DNA of 64,000 nt from an uncultured delta proteobacterium (GTDB lineage: Bacteria > Desulfobacterota > Syntrophobacteria > BM002), in NCBI GenBank assembly GCA_963712115.1, contig CAVQGX010000020.1:187880-251879 (forward strand). Direction: 5' to 3'. Positions 50,999 through 60,332 of the stretch are shown piece after piece (within the stretch, counting starts at the first letter, position 1; each line of letters begins with the position of its first letter). The notes below the pieces were generated by a model. It worked only from the letters and a program-made list of their open reading frames with translations. It searched no databases and was not told the DNA's origin. A program made the position numbers and the translations under genes.

Positions 50999-51814
50999 AT
51001 GCAGATGAATGCCAAAGACAGGTTGATATTTCCCTTGGATGTGCCTGATGCTAATCAGGCTCGCAAGTATGTCAGGCTCCTCGGTAACCAAGTGGGGGTG
51101 TTCAAAGTTGGGTTGGAGCTCTTTGTTTCTGAGGGACCATCAATAGTTGATGCCATAGCGGATTTGACTGACGCAAGGATTTTTCTCGACCTGAAATTTC
51201 ATGATATCCCGGCAACGGTTCAGCGGGCTATCCGCAGCGGTTCCTGCCTGCAGAAGGCGAGTTTCATCACAGTTCACTGTGATCCTGTTCTCCTTAAAGC
51301 TGTGGTGACTGAGGTTGCTGACCACATCAAGATACTGGTGGTCACCGTGCTCACCAGTCTAGACAGCAAGGCTCTACTTTCCCTTGGAATTCGAGAGGAG
51401 TTGGCGGCAGAGCCCATCCGGCTTGTACTGCAGAGAGCAGCCATAGCTAAACAGGCAGGCTGTGCAGGAATAGTCTGTTCAGGCCGTGAGGCGACAGCTG
51501 TGAAAAAGGAGTTCGGCGAGGACCTGGTTGTGGTCACCCCTGGCATTCGGCCTGATTGGGGAGATGTTGAGAAAGACGATCAGGCGAGGGTAGTTACCCC
51601 ATATCTCGCAGTTAAGAATGGAGCAGATTACATTGTGGTGGGGCGTCCCATTCGTACAGCTGATGATCCGGTAGAGGCAGCCGCCAGGGTTGTGGAGGAG
51701 ATCGAAAAGGGTCTCCGGGATCGGACAGTGACAGTTCGGTTAGCAGTTCGTCAGATGTATCGACCCGCTCGCCCGCTGTGCGGGCTCGCTCGAGTTCGAA
51801 ATTCGAGATCCTAA
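50999..51814 (+). CDS. pyrF: Orotidine-5'-phosphate decarboxylase
   Basis: LIFPLD, FKVGLEL, FLDLKFHDIPATV, VTVLTS, TPGIR, DDQAR, VVGRPI; the C-terminal tail runs into repeats. Confidence 0.95.
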   Translation: MQMNAKDRLIFPLDVPDANQARKYVRLLGNQVGVFKVGLELFVSEGPSIVDAIADLTDARIFLDLKFHDIPATVQRAIRSGSCLQKASFITVHCDPVLLKAVVTEVADHIKILVVTVLTSLDSKALLSLGIREELAAEPIRLVLQRAAIAKQAGCAGIVCSGREATAVKKEFGEDLVVVTPGIRPDWGDVEKDDQARVVTPYLAVKNGADYIVVGRPIRTADDPVEAAARVVEEIEKGLRDRTVTVRLAVRQMYRPARPLCGLARVRNSRS

Positions 51815-52016
51815 GCACGAAGCAAATTCAAATCCTAATGTCCCAATTCTCAAAACAGACTCGTCATAGCTTGAATTCAGAGTTTGGAAGCATTTGAGTT
51901 CTTGGCTTTCAGGACCTCACCATTAAGCCTTTAAGCGATCCGTGAATATATTGACTCAGCACTTTGATTGAATTTGAAGCTCTCAGAGTTCTCTGTGGCA
52001 CTCTGTGAGAGATGAA

Positions 52017-52472
52017 ATGGAATCGACACGAGACTTACATGAAAGAGGCCCTGATTGAGGCGGAGAAGGCCGTGCACTCGAGGGAGAAGTGCCTGTGGGA
52101 GCACTTCTGGTTTCGCCCACAGGGGACATTATAGCGCGAGCCCATAACCGCCCAATAACTCTAAATGATCCCACCGGTCATGCCGAGATCCTCGTGCTTA
52201 GGCAGGGGGCGGTGCAGCTTGAAAATTACAGGTTGCCAGGTCATGTTCTTTACGTGAGCCTCGAGCCTTGTGTCATGTGCGTAGGAGCAATGATTCAGGC
52301 CCGTCTGGCCCTGGTAGTTTATGGGGCGGCTGATCCAAAAGGCGGGGCCATTGAATCTGTTTATCGCATGGGTAGTGACGGCAAACTGAATCACCGGCTT
52401 GAAGCTCAAGGGGGAGTACTGGCAGAGGAATGCAGGGCTTTGCTACAGGCCTTCTTTAGAGCTAAACGCTAA
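52017..52472 (+). CDS. tadA: tRNA adenosine(34) deaminase (N-terminus frameshifted)
   Basis: GEVPVGA, DPTGHAE, LEPCVMC, FFRAKR; HETYMKEALIEAEKA lies upstream in another frame. Confidence 0.88.
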
Positions 52473-52521
52473 AGAGGTTTCGAACTCATTGCACTTCTGG
52501 TACAATCAGTCACGGTTAAAT

Positions 52522-52632
52522 TGGAAGGCTGGAATGGTGGAATAATGGGTTAAGAGGTACTGGATTAATAGAGAATAATTTTTTCGCTCATAATCCCCAA
52601 CATTCCAATATTCCAACGTTCCATTACTCCCT
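52522..52632. repeat. TGGAA/TTCCA 8-nt-periodic inverted arms
   Basis: TGGAAGGC TGGAATGG TGGAATAA..CCAACATT CCAATATT CCAACGTT CCATTACT. Confidence 0.75.
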
Positions 52633-52704
52633 AGTGTGGCAAGATTGAATGATTCTTGCTCAACCGTTAGTCTTTAAAACTTGAACCTTGAAGGTGACTT
52701 TTGC

Positions 52705-52800
52705 GGAGAGGTACCGAAGTGGTCGTAACGGGGTCGACTCGAAATCGACTTGTCCGGTGAATAGCCGGGCACGTGGGTTCGAATCCCACCCTCTCCGCCA
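52705..52800 (+). tRNA. tRNA-Ser(CGA)
   Basis: GGAGAGG acceptor, anticodon arm GTCGA-CT-CGA-AA-TCGAC, long variable arm, GGTTCGAATCC, encoded CCA. Confidence 0.96.
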
Positions 52801-52822
52801 ATTTTGGAGCTTTCAGCAGTCA

Positions 52823-52925
52823 GCCCTTCGGCAGGACCTGTCGACGAGGAGTTCGACTGCCCTCGGCCGTGAGCTCGGGCCGAACGGAGGCTCACTCCAA
52901 GTCCTCAGGTCGAGTCACTCAGGGC
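52823..52925. repeat. Multiply nested CCCTTCG..CTCAGGG palindromic repeat
   Basis: GCCCTTCG[..GACCTG..[GAGTTCGACT..GGCCGTGAGCTCGGGCC..CTCACTC]..CAGGTC..]CTCAGGGC between the two tRNAs. Confidence 0.55.
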
Positions 52926-53054
52926 TTTTAGCTGGCAGTCGAGAAATAACCGCTTGAAGCATAGAGGTAAGATTTAGTAGATTTGATCATTTCAAGGATA
53001 GGGCTAAGACCAAAAGCCGAGAGCTGATGGCTGAAACCTATAAGCTCTGAATGC

Positions 53055-53148
53055 GGAGAGATGCCCGAGTTGGCCGAAGGGGCACGACTGGAAATCGTGT
53101 GTTCCGCTAACCCCGGAACCGTGGGTTCGAATCCCACTCTCTCCGCCA
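53055..53148 (+). tRNA. tRNA-Ser(GGA)
   Basis: Anticodon arm CACGA-CT-GGA-AA-TCGTG, long variable arm, GGTTCGAATCC, CCA. Confidence 0.96.
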
Positions 53149-53274
53149 TTCTATTTATTCTCAATGCCGTTAGTACAGTAACTCCAGGTTGGAGTCCCTC
53201 TCGCCTTCCGGCCGGCATGCACACACTCTTGAAACAGAGGATGTTTTCAGAGATGATTGCATGTGATTGAAAGC

Positions 53275-53366
53275 ATCGAATATCGAACAGCAGAACAAGG
53301 AACCGCAGAATCATGAAGTGATCACTTCGATATTCAAAATTCCTTGTTCGACATTCTGCGGTTCAA
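53275..53366 (+). repeat. 'Empty' four-helix-bundle arm element
   Basis: GAATATCGAACAGCAGAACAAGGAACCGCAGAATCATGAAGTGATCACTTCGATATTCAAAATTCCTTGTTCGACATTCTGCGGTTC. Confidence 0.9.
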
Positions 53367-53477
53367 AGAGTTTTTTGAGACTCCGGACTTACAACGCTCC
53401 TTGCCTCACGTGTGTACTAGAGGAAGCCTCTTGAGGTCTGAGGGAGATAAAACGTTTAATCTAGGAACTTCCTTGTC

Positions 53478-55139
53478 ATGTCTTATGTCGTTCTGGCACG
53501 TAAATGGAGGCCTCAGCGTTTCGAGGATGTTGTAGGCCAGCCCCACGTTGTCCAAACGCTCACCAACGCCATCTCGGCCGAGCGAATCGCCCATGCCTAT
53601 CTGTTCAGCGGAGCTCGTGGGATTGGCAAGACCTCAGTGGCCCGGATTCTGGCCAAGGCCTTAAACTGCGCCCAAGGCCCATCCCCAACTCCCTGCAATC
53701 AATGTGCATCTTGCAAGGAAATCACTGAATCGGCATCGATCGATGTTTTTGAAATTGACGGCGCTTCCAACCGAGGCATCGATGAAATCCGGGAATTGCG
53801 GGAAAACGTCCGCTATCTACCTGCCAAGGGCTCCTACAAAATTTACATAATTGATGAAGTTCATATGCTCACGGCGCCTGCCTTCAATGCCTTACTCAAG
53901 ACGCTGGAAGAGCCGCCACCGCACGTAATCTTTATTTTTGCCACCACTGAAGTGCACCGCGTTCCTATAACCATCACAAGCCGCTGCCAGCTTTTCGACT
54001 TTCGGCGCATTCCGGCGGCCGAGATTGTGGACCATCTGCGACACATAGCCCAAGAAGAGGATATCCAGATCAGTGACGTGAGTTTGAGGGTTTTGGCCCG
54101 GGAGGCTGAAGGCAGTATGCGTGATGCGCAGAGTCTCCTTGAGCAGATGATAGCCTTTTCAGGGAAGAGCATATCGGACGAAGATCTATTAGAGGTTCTA
54201 GGGGTTATTGATCGCCAAGATTTGCTCGGCACAGCCGCCGCAATTCTCGAGGGCGACCCAGTTCGTTGTTTAGAAACCATAGAACGGCTCTACCTCCATG
54301 GGCATGATCTCAGGCGCTTTTGTCAGGAGCTGGCAGAACACTTTCGCAATCTGCTTGTGATGAAAGTGAGCAATGAACCGCAAAAACTGGTTGATCTTAC
54401 TGCTGCTGAGTTAGCCGAGCTAAAAGAACAGGCGGATCAAGTGAGTAGCTCGACTCTGCAACAATTCTTTCATTTTCTTTTAAGAGGAGAAGAGGAGATT
54501 CGACGATCCAGCAACCCCAAACTGGTTCTGGAGATGAGCCTTCTGCGGCTAGTACAGCTTCCTCAGGTCATGGACATGGACAAAGTAATTGCTCAGATGC
54601 AAAAGCTGGAGCAAAGAATTGCCACAGGAGGTCAGCCGGCGGCTGAACCCTCTATAAGCGAAGAAGATCTGGACCAGCCAAAGGTATCCTCCTTTAATTA
54701 CAAGCAAACAGAAGAAGACGAGACCGCTGATCCCAAGGCTGTTGCTGACTCCCCTTTAGCCAGGTGGCAGAATCTTTTAGAAAAGATGCGCCAAGAAAAG
54801 CCTGCCCTTGCTGCCAGCCTCGAGCGAGTGAGTGTCAGGGAACCAAAGCCCGACATAATAGAGCTCGATTTCAACGGGCACGAGTTTGATTACGAGATGG
54901 TCAAAGAAAGGGAAAGCTTTGGCTTGCTAAATCGGGTGGCGCGAGAAATTTTTGGCGAGGAGATTAAGGTTTCACTCAAAGCTGGTGGTGAAGAAATTCG
55001 CCGCAAACAAAGGGGAAAGACTGACAGACAAAGACTCCAGCAGCAAAAGGCTCTAAAACATCCACTAGTAACAGAGGCTTTGGAGATATTCGGGGGCGAA
55101 ATCGTCGAGGTGAAAGTAGGGCCGAAAAAGTCAAAGTAA
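53478..55139 (+). CDS. dnaX: DNA polymerase III gamma/tau
   Basis: MSYVVLARKWRPQ, GARGIGKT, EIDGASNRG, IIDEVHML, SRC. Confidence 0.97.
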   Translation: MSYVVLARKWRPQRFEDVVGQPHVVQTLTNAISAERIAHAYLFSGARGIGKTSVARILAKALNCAQGPSPTPCNQCASCKEITESASIDVFEIDGASNRGIDEIRELRENVRYLPAKGSYKIYIIDEVHMLTAPAFNALLKTLEEPPPHVIFIFATTEVHRVPITITSRCQLFDFRRIPAAEIVDHLRHIAQEEDIQISDVSLRVLAREAEGSMRDAQSLLEQMIAFSGKSISDEDLLEVLGVIDRQDLLGTAAAILEGDPVRCLETIERLYLHGHDLRRFCQELAEHFRNLLVMKVSNEPQKLVDLTAAELAELKEQADQVSSSTLQQFFHFLLRGEEEIRRSSNPKLVLEMSLLRLVQLPQVMDMDKVIAQMQKLEQRIATGGQPAAEPSISEEDLDQPKVSSFNYKQTEEDETADPKAVADSPLARWQNLLEKMRQEKPALAASLERVSVREPKPDIIELDFNGHEFDYEMVKERESFGLLNRVAREIFGEEIKVSLKAGGEEIRRKQRGKTDRQRLQQQKALKHPLVTEALEIFGGEIVEVKVGPKKSK

Positions 55140-55291
55140 ATAGGCACAACGAAGGGCAAATTTGCAGCTCGCTAGCCACCACTCCACCACTCCAATACTC
55201 CAACACCCCGAAAACGGTGGTTAGGTGAGCGCTAAGCTGGGAATATGAATCAGCGGCAGATGCTAAAAAGTCAACATCGAGGAGGCAGTGG

Positions 55292-55624
55292 ATGACAAAA
55301 GGTTTTGGAGATATGATGCGACAGGCCAGAGTTCTGCAGGAAAAGATGGCCAAAATGCAAGAAGAGCTCGGAGACAAGGTTGTAGAGTCCTCTGTTGGCG
55401 GCGGTATGGTGATTGCCAAAGCCAATGGGCGCCAAGAGCTGCTCTCAATCGAACTGGAACCTGAGGTAATTGATCCAGATGATATAGAAATGCTACAGGA
55501 TCTTATTGTTGCTGCAGTAAATGACGCGTTGAAGAGGTCGCAAGAAATGGCGGCCGAAGAGATGAGTAAGCTCACTGGGGGCATAAAGCTCCCCGGGGGG
55601 ATGAAGATTCCCGGACTATTCTAG
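55292..55624 (+). CDS. ybaB: YbaB/EbfC nucleoid-associated protein
   Basis: MMRQA..GGGMV..D.EML.DLIVAAVNDA; lies between dnaX and recR. Confidence 0.95.
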   Translation: MTKGFGDMMRQARVLQEKMAKMQEELGDKVVESSVGGGMVIAKANGRQELLSIELEPEVIDPDDIEMLQDLIVAAVNDALKRSQEMAAEEMSKLTGGIKLPGGMKIPGLF

Positions 55625-55689
55625 TGGTTGGGAGTCTTGCCCCGATAAATAATGGGGGAGTTTGCCAGTTGGCCTAGAGTTAAGGAATG

Positions 55690-55846
55690 TCCGTTGTCAG
55701 TTGCAAGAAAAACGCATAGAGCATAGCGCAAAGCGGATGACGAGATGATAATGATACGCTATGCGTTTGGCGCTTCGCGGCGAACGGGAGTGAGCCACAA
55801 CGGACGACGTACAACAAACTACGGACGCAAAGTCCGAAGGACTTTT
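55690..55846. repeat. Interleaved heptamer arms (GCATAG/CTATGC and GTCCGT/ACGGAC)
   Basis: GCATAGA GCATAGC GCAAAGC..GCTATGC GTTTGGC GCTTCGC; ACAACGG ACGACGT ACAACAA ACTACGG. Confidence 0.65.
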
Positions 55847-55847
55847 A

Positions 55848-56450
55848 ATGAGCGTGTATCCATCCTCCCTGCAACGCCTTATCGCTGACTTGTCCAGGCT
55901 TCCGGGGATCGGCCATAAAACAGCAGCACGGCTGGCCTTATATCTTTTCCGCGCACCAAGAGAATACACTGAGTCCCTTGCTGCGGGTATCTTGGAGGTC
56001 AAGCGAGACATAGGCTTCTGCACCACCTGCTTCAATCTCACGGACAAAGATCCCTGCAGAATTTGTAAAGATCCCAATCGTGATCAAAGTGTTCTCTGCG
56101 TGGTGGAAGAGGTGGGGGATTTGCTGGCTTTAGAACAGGCGGGAGTCTTCCCTGGTCGCTACCACGTCCTTCAGGGGGTTTTGGCCCCCCTGGATGGCAT
56201 TGGCCCTGAAAATTTGCGGATCAAGGAGTTATTGGAAAGGCTGCAGCAAGAACCTATCAAGGAGGTTGTTCTCGCCATTAACCCTAGCACCGAAGGGGAG
56301 GCCACGGCTACCTATATTGCCGGTCTTCTGAGAAAGCACGGCATCAGTGTCAGCCAGATTGCTCAGGGAATTCCCATGGGTGGTGACCTCAAATACACTG
56401 ATGCTGTCACCCTAAAGCGGGCAATGGAAGGACGTCGAGAATCACGGTGA
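55848..56450 (+). CDS. recR: Recombination mediator RecR
   Basis: LPGIGHKTA, C4 zinc finger, YHVLQG, TOPRIM EGEATA. Confidence 0.97.
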   Translation: MSVYPSSLQRLIADLSRLPGIGHKTAARLALYLFRAPREYTESLAAGILEVKRDIGFCTTCFNLTDKDPCRICKDPNRDQSVLCVVEEVGDLLALEQAGVFPGRYHVLQGVLAPLDGIGPENLRIKELLERLQQEPIKEVVLAINPSTEGEATATYIAGLLRKHGISVSQIAQGIPMGGDLKYTDAVTLKRAMEGRRESR

Positions 56451-56631
56451 AAGAGGTGGGTTCCCCCGGCGATTTGAAATTCCTTGACTCACTCGGCCTG
56501 GGGAGTTATTGATTAGTCGTTGCATAGATATTGCATGTGTTCGCTGCTTGTGCACCCAACTTATTATTGACCTTCACTAAGCATCTCTGAGCATATATCT
56601 TTACTAAAGCACGAAAATTGGAGCCACAGCC

Positions 56632-57180
56632 ATGATCGAGATTAGATTTCACGGGCGAGGCGGTCAGGGTGCAGTGACCTCAGCTGAATTGACTGCATTA
56701 GCGGCAATCGAACAAGGGAAGTACGCTCAGGCCTTTCCTAGCTTTGGTCCGGAGCGGCGGGGAGCACCAGTTATGGCCTTCGTGAGGGTAAGCGAAGAAC
56801 CTATTCGAACGAGAGAGAAAATTTACGAACCCGATATTGTAGTAGTATTGGACCCCACCCTCTTGGAGATTGTCAATGTCGCTGCCGGTCTAAAAAAAGA
56901 TGGGATAGTGGTGCTTAATACCACCAAGACTGCTGAGGAAATTCGCAAGGTCAGCGGCATAAATGCCAAACTGGCACTGGTGGATGCCAGCAGGATAGCC
57001 ATTGAAACAATGGGGATTCCCATCACCAATACTACCCTGCTTGGAGCAATGATCAAAGCAACCGACTTGTTACCACTTACGGCATTGGAAGGTCCCCTGC
57101 AGGTGCGCTTTGGTCGCGTGGCCGCAAAAAATATCAAGGCCTTTCAGCGGGCCTATGAAGAGACCGTGGTAGAGGAGTAA
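56632..57180 (+). CDS. porC: Pyruvate/2-ketoisovalerate:ferredoxin oxidoreductase gamma subunit
   Basis: [21 protein letters not shown]. Confidence 0.93.
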
Positions 57181-57183
57181 ACA

Positions 57184-57477
57184 GTGGCGAAAGAAACTGG
57201 GATTGTCAGCTGGAAAGATTTGGCTTTAGGATGTTCAATTGTAAAACCAGGAAGTTCCGCTGAACTAAAAACGGGTGATTGGCGCTCACAACGTCCCGTG
57301 ACTGATTACGAAAAATGCGTTCAGTGCGGGCAGTGTTATATTTTTTGCCCCGATATGGTCTTCACTCAAAACGAGCTGGGTTTTTACCAGCCGAACATGT
57401 TTTACTGCAAGGGATGCGGGATCTGTGCCCGCGAGTGCCCTGCTGATGCGATCAGCATGGTAGAGGAGAGTGAGTAA
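57184..57477 (+). CDS. porD: 2-oxoacid:ferredoxin oxidoreductase delta subunit (2x[4Fe-4S])
   Basis: TGDWR, CVQCGQCYIFCP, CKGCGICARECP. Confidence 0.93.
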   Translation: MAKETGIVSWKDLALGCSIVKPGSSAELKTGDWRSQRPVTDYEKCVQCGQCYIFCPDMVFTQNELGFYQPNMFYCKGCGICARECPADAISMVEESE

Positions 57478-57566
57478 TCATTCTCTACAAAGGATGAGGG
57501 ATCGCGGGTCTGTAGTGGTGAACGTCGTGAAGACATGATTAGCATTGAATAGGAGAGTAATTAATC

Positions 57567-58742
57567 ATGGCAAAAAGAGTGGGTATTGAGGTTTCTCTTG
57601 CTATCAGTGAGGCGGTGAAGTTGGCCAACGTGGATGTAATTGCCGCATATCCCATCACGCCTCAGACCCATATTGTCGAACATTTGTCAGAACTGGTGGC
57701 AGATGGTCATCTTGACGCAGAGTTTATCCCTGTGGAATCGGAACATTCGGCCATGAGCACCTGCTGCGGTTCTTCGGCGGCAGGAGCCCGGACCTACACC
57801 GCCACCTGTTCTCAGGGGCAGGCGCTCATGCTGGAGATCTGCTACATAGCTCCAGCGCTGCGGCTGCCCATTGTGATGACTGTGGCCAACCGTTCTCTTT
57901 CGGGCCCAATCAGTATTTGGAATGACCACTCCGACATGATGATGAGCCGGGATACTGGATGGATTCAAACGGTGGCAGAGAACGGTCAGGAGGCTTTTGA
58001 CCTGACACTTCATGCCTTCCGAGTGGCCGAAGACCCCAGGGTTCTGTTGCCGGTAATAATCAACGTGGACGGGTTTACCTTGACTCACGTGATCGAGCCC
58101 ATTGAAATTCTCGACCAGGAAGAGGTGAATCGCTACTTGCCGCCCTACCAGCCGCAAATGAGGCTGGATCCGGCAAGTCCTATAACTATCGGCCCGGTGG
58201 GAATGCCCGAGGTTTACACCGAGGCAAAAAAGGCGCAGGATGAGGCGATCAAGGGTGCGAAACCGGTAATTCTCGAGGCCTGGCAGGAGTTTGGCGACAT
58301 GTTCGGCCGTTACTACAAGCCGGTGGAGACCTACCGCACCGAAGGGGCTGAAACTTTACTGGTCACCATGGGAAGCCTCAGCGAAACGGCGATGATCGCC
58401 GTTGATCAAATGCGTACTGACGGCAAGAATGTCGGCTTGGTGCGCTTGCGCTTGTTTAGGCCCTTTCCGTTCGAGGAATTTTTAGCAGCCGTAAAAGGGG
58501 CCAAGCAGATTGCAGTGATGGACCGCGCCTTGGGTTTAAATGGTGCCGGGGGGCCGCTGGCCACCGAGGTCAAAGCTGCGCTTTATGATGAACCGGAACA
58601 CCCTTACATCTGGAATTATGTGGCGGGTCTGGCTGGCAGGGATGTGACCATAGAGAATTTTGTGGAAATGGCAGATGGGGTGGAGGCTGCAGCCGCTGAC
58701 GGAGTTCGGTCGGGTTACACTATCATCAATGTGAGGGAATGA
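57567..58742 (+). CDS. porA: 2-oxoacid:ferredoxin oxidoreductase alpha subunit
   Basis: [21 protein letters not shown]. Confidence 0.93.
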   Translation: MAKRVGIEVSLAISEAVKLANVDVIAAYPITPQTHIVEHLSELVADGHLDAEFIPVESEHSAMSTCCGSSAAGARTYTATCSQGQALMLEICYIAPALRLPIVMTVANRSLSGPISIWNDHSDMMMSRDTGWIQTVAENGQEAFDLTLHAFRVAEDPRVLLPVIINVDGFTLTHVIEPIEILDQEEVNRYLPPYQPQMRLDPASPITIGPVGMPEVYTEAKKAQDEAIKGAKPVILEAWQEFGDMFGRYYKPVETYRTEGAETLLVTMGSLSETAMIAVDQMRTDGKNVGLVRLRLFRPFPFEEFLAAVKGAKQIAVMDRALGLNGAGGPLATEVKAALYDEPEHPYIWNYVAGLAGRDVTIENFVEMADGVEAAAADGVRSGYTIINVRE

Positions 58743-59695
58743 TGAAAACTGCAAGTGAAACATTGAAAGATTTTCAAAAATTCACCCCGAAGAAACTGCC
58801 GGTGGAGGAACCGCTGGCTCCGGGACATCGGGCCTGCCAGGGATGTGGTGAGGTTGTGGCCTTGCGCCAGGTGATGAAGGCGCTGGGTAACAACGTGATC
58901 GTGGTGAGCGCCACTGGGTGTATGGAGATTATATCATCTCCATACCCTCAAAGTGCTTGGCGGGTACCGTGGTTGCATGTGGCCTTCGAGAATGCAGCGG
59001 CAGTGGCCAGCGGAGTCGAAGCAGCACACAAGGCCATGATAAGAAAAGGGAGGATTGAGGACAAGAATACTACCTTTCTGGCCATCGCTGGAGATGGTGG
59101 CACCGCGGACATTGGCATCCAAGCTCTTTCGGGTGCACTGGAGCGAGGACATAACTTCGTCTATGTTTGTCTTGACAATGAGGCGTATATGAACACCGGT
59201 ATCCAGCGCTCCAGCAGCACTCCTTACGGAGCTGGGACCACCACATCGCCACCTGGCAAAATGAGCATAGGCCAGAAGACCTGGAAGAAAAATATGCCGG
59301 CCATCGCCGCAGCCCATAACATTCCCTACGTGGCCACCGGTTCACCAGCTTATTACATTGATCTAATGAACAAGGTAAAGAAGGCTTCTCTGGTGGAAGG
59401 CCCGGCTTACCTGCATCTTTTTTCTCCATGTCCCACGGGATGGCGGTGCGCTGTGGAGGATTCGATTCAGACGGCACGTCTGGTGGTGCAGACCAAGATC
59501 TTTCCACTCTATGAGGTGATAGACGGCAGGTGGAGGCTTTCGCGCAAGATTAAGAAGCCCAAACCGGTTAGTGAATACCTCAAGATGCAGCGCCGCTTCA
59601 GCCATCTGACGGAAGAAGATATTGCCGTGATTCAAGAGAGAGTGGACAGGGATTACGACCGGCTGCTGGAACTTTGCGGTGTATCAGAGGACTAG
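58739..59695 (+). CDS. porB: 2-oxoacid:ferredoxin oxidoreductase beta subunit (TPP)
   Basis: [31 protein letters not shown]. Confidence 0.93.
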   Translation: MMKTASETLKDFQKFTPKKLPVEEPLAPGHRACQGCGEVVALRQVMKALGNNVIVVSATGCMEIISSPYPQSAWRVPWLHVAFENAAAVASGVEAAHKAMIRKGRIEDKNTTFLAIAGDGGTADIGIQALSGALERGHNFVYVCLDNEAYMNTGIQRSSSTPYGAGTTTSPPGKMSIGQKTWKKNMPAIAAAHNIPYVATGSPAYYIDLMNKVKKASLVEGPAYLHLFSPCPTGWRCAVEDSIQTARLVVQTKIFPLYEVIDGRWRLSRKIKKPKPVSEYLKMQRRFSHLTEEDIAVIQERVDRDYDRLLELCGVSED

Positions 59696-59718
59696 CAGAG
59701 GAGGGAAAAGACGGAACT

Positions 59719-60037
59719 CCCAAATCCACCGTCTAATTTAGTTATCAGGACTGAAATCAGCGGTTTATGGAGTATTCCTGATCACCAGCAAGGCATCATC
59801 TGCCGTTCGAAGGCCGTTCGACAGGCCGTTCGACAGGCTCACGGTCCTGAGCAAGGTCGAAGGACTCACGGCCCTGAGCAAAGTCGAAGGGCGGCGTTGC
59901 CTTCGATCGCTCCTCCCCCCGCCTGCGCGGGGGCATGCTTGCGGCGTATTGCCCCATACGCCTCAGTCGTCGCTCCTCGGCGCCTTGCAGATGATACCTT
60001 GCTGGTGGATTAGGGTAACTGATTTCCGGTTGACAGG
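59719..60037. mobile_element. Dispersed composite repeat element, copy 2 (with nested inserts)
   Basis: Same core as 45241-45432; the flanks are reverse complements of the copy-1 flanks. Confidence 0.85.
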
Positions 60038-60059
60038 ACCAATAGGTCTTTGCTATAGA
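60030..60059 (+). promoter_or_regulatory. Candidate sigma-70 promoter for the tRNA-Asn locus
   Basis: TTGACA-N18-TATAGA with an extended TG. Confidence 0.5.
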
Positions 60060-60073
60060 CTTACGGCTTTAAT

Positions 60074-60131
60074 GCCAACTATTCCCCGGTAGCTCAGTTG
60101 GTAGAGTCCCGCCGGCGGCGGGATTAACCAC
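60074..60131 (+). pseudogene. Duplicated 5' half of tRNA-Asn interrupted by a palindrome
   Basis: GCCAACTATTCCCCGGTAGCTCAGTTGGTAGAG is identical to the leader and 5' end of the tRNA; TCCCGCCGGCGGCGGGA replaces CGGGTGGCTG; then TTAACCAC. Confidence 0.85.
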
Positions 60132-60191
60132 CGAGTCGGAGGTTGTGTACATCCATAAGAAGAATATATCGTTGATCTAAAAGCCAACTAT

Positions 60192-60267
60192 TCCCCGGTA
60201 GCTCAGTTGGTAGAGCGGGTGGCTGTTAACCACTTTGTCGGCGGTTCGAGTCCGTCCCGGGGAGCCA
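60192..60267 (+). tRNA. tRNA-Asn(GTT)
   Basis: 76 nt, anticodon arm GGTGG-CT-GTT-AA-CCACT, GGTTCGAGTCC, CCA. Confidence 0.97.
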
Positions 60268-60315
60268 GAAAGTAAAAACCCCCAGAGCGGGGTTTTTTAC
60301 TTTCTGGCTCCCCCG
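60258..60315 (+). terminator. Long hairpin/terminator overlapping the tRNA 3' end
   Basis: GGGGAGCCAGAAAGTAAAAACCCC..GGGGTTTTTTACTTTCTGGCTCCCC. Confidence 0.7.
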
Positions 60316-60332
60316 TTTCGGCGAGACAGCAT

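Noticed and set aside
53149-53477. SRP RNA (ffs), often found between tadA/tRNA-Ser and dnaX
   Set aside because: The conserved helix-8 motif (CAGG..GGAA..AGCAGC) was not found; the gap holds the repeat element instead.
54560-54760. Programmed -1 frameshift in dnaX
   Set aside because: No A-AAA-AAG slippery heptamer or long A run with a downstream hairpin was seen after domain III.
55829-55845. Hairpin AAAGTCC-GAA-GGACTTT occluding the recR RBS as a regulatory switch
   Set aside because: The stem is weak and sits at the edge of a repeat cluster; there is no evidence beyond position.
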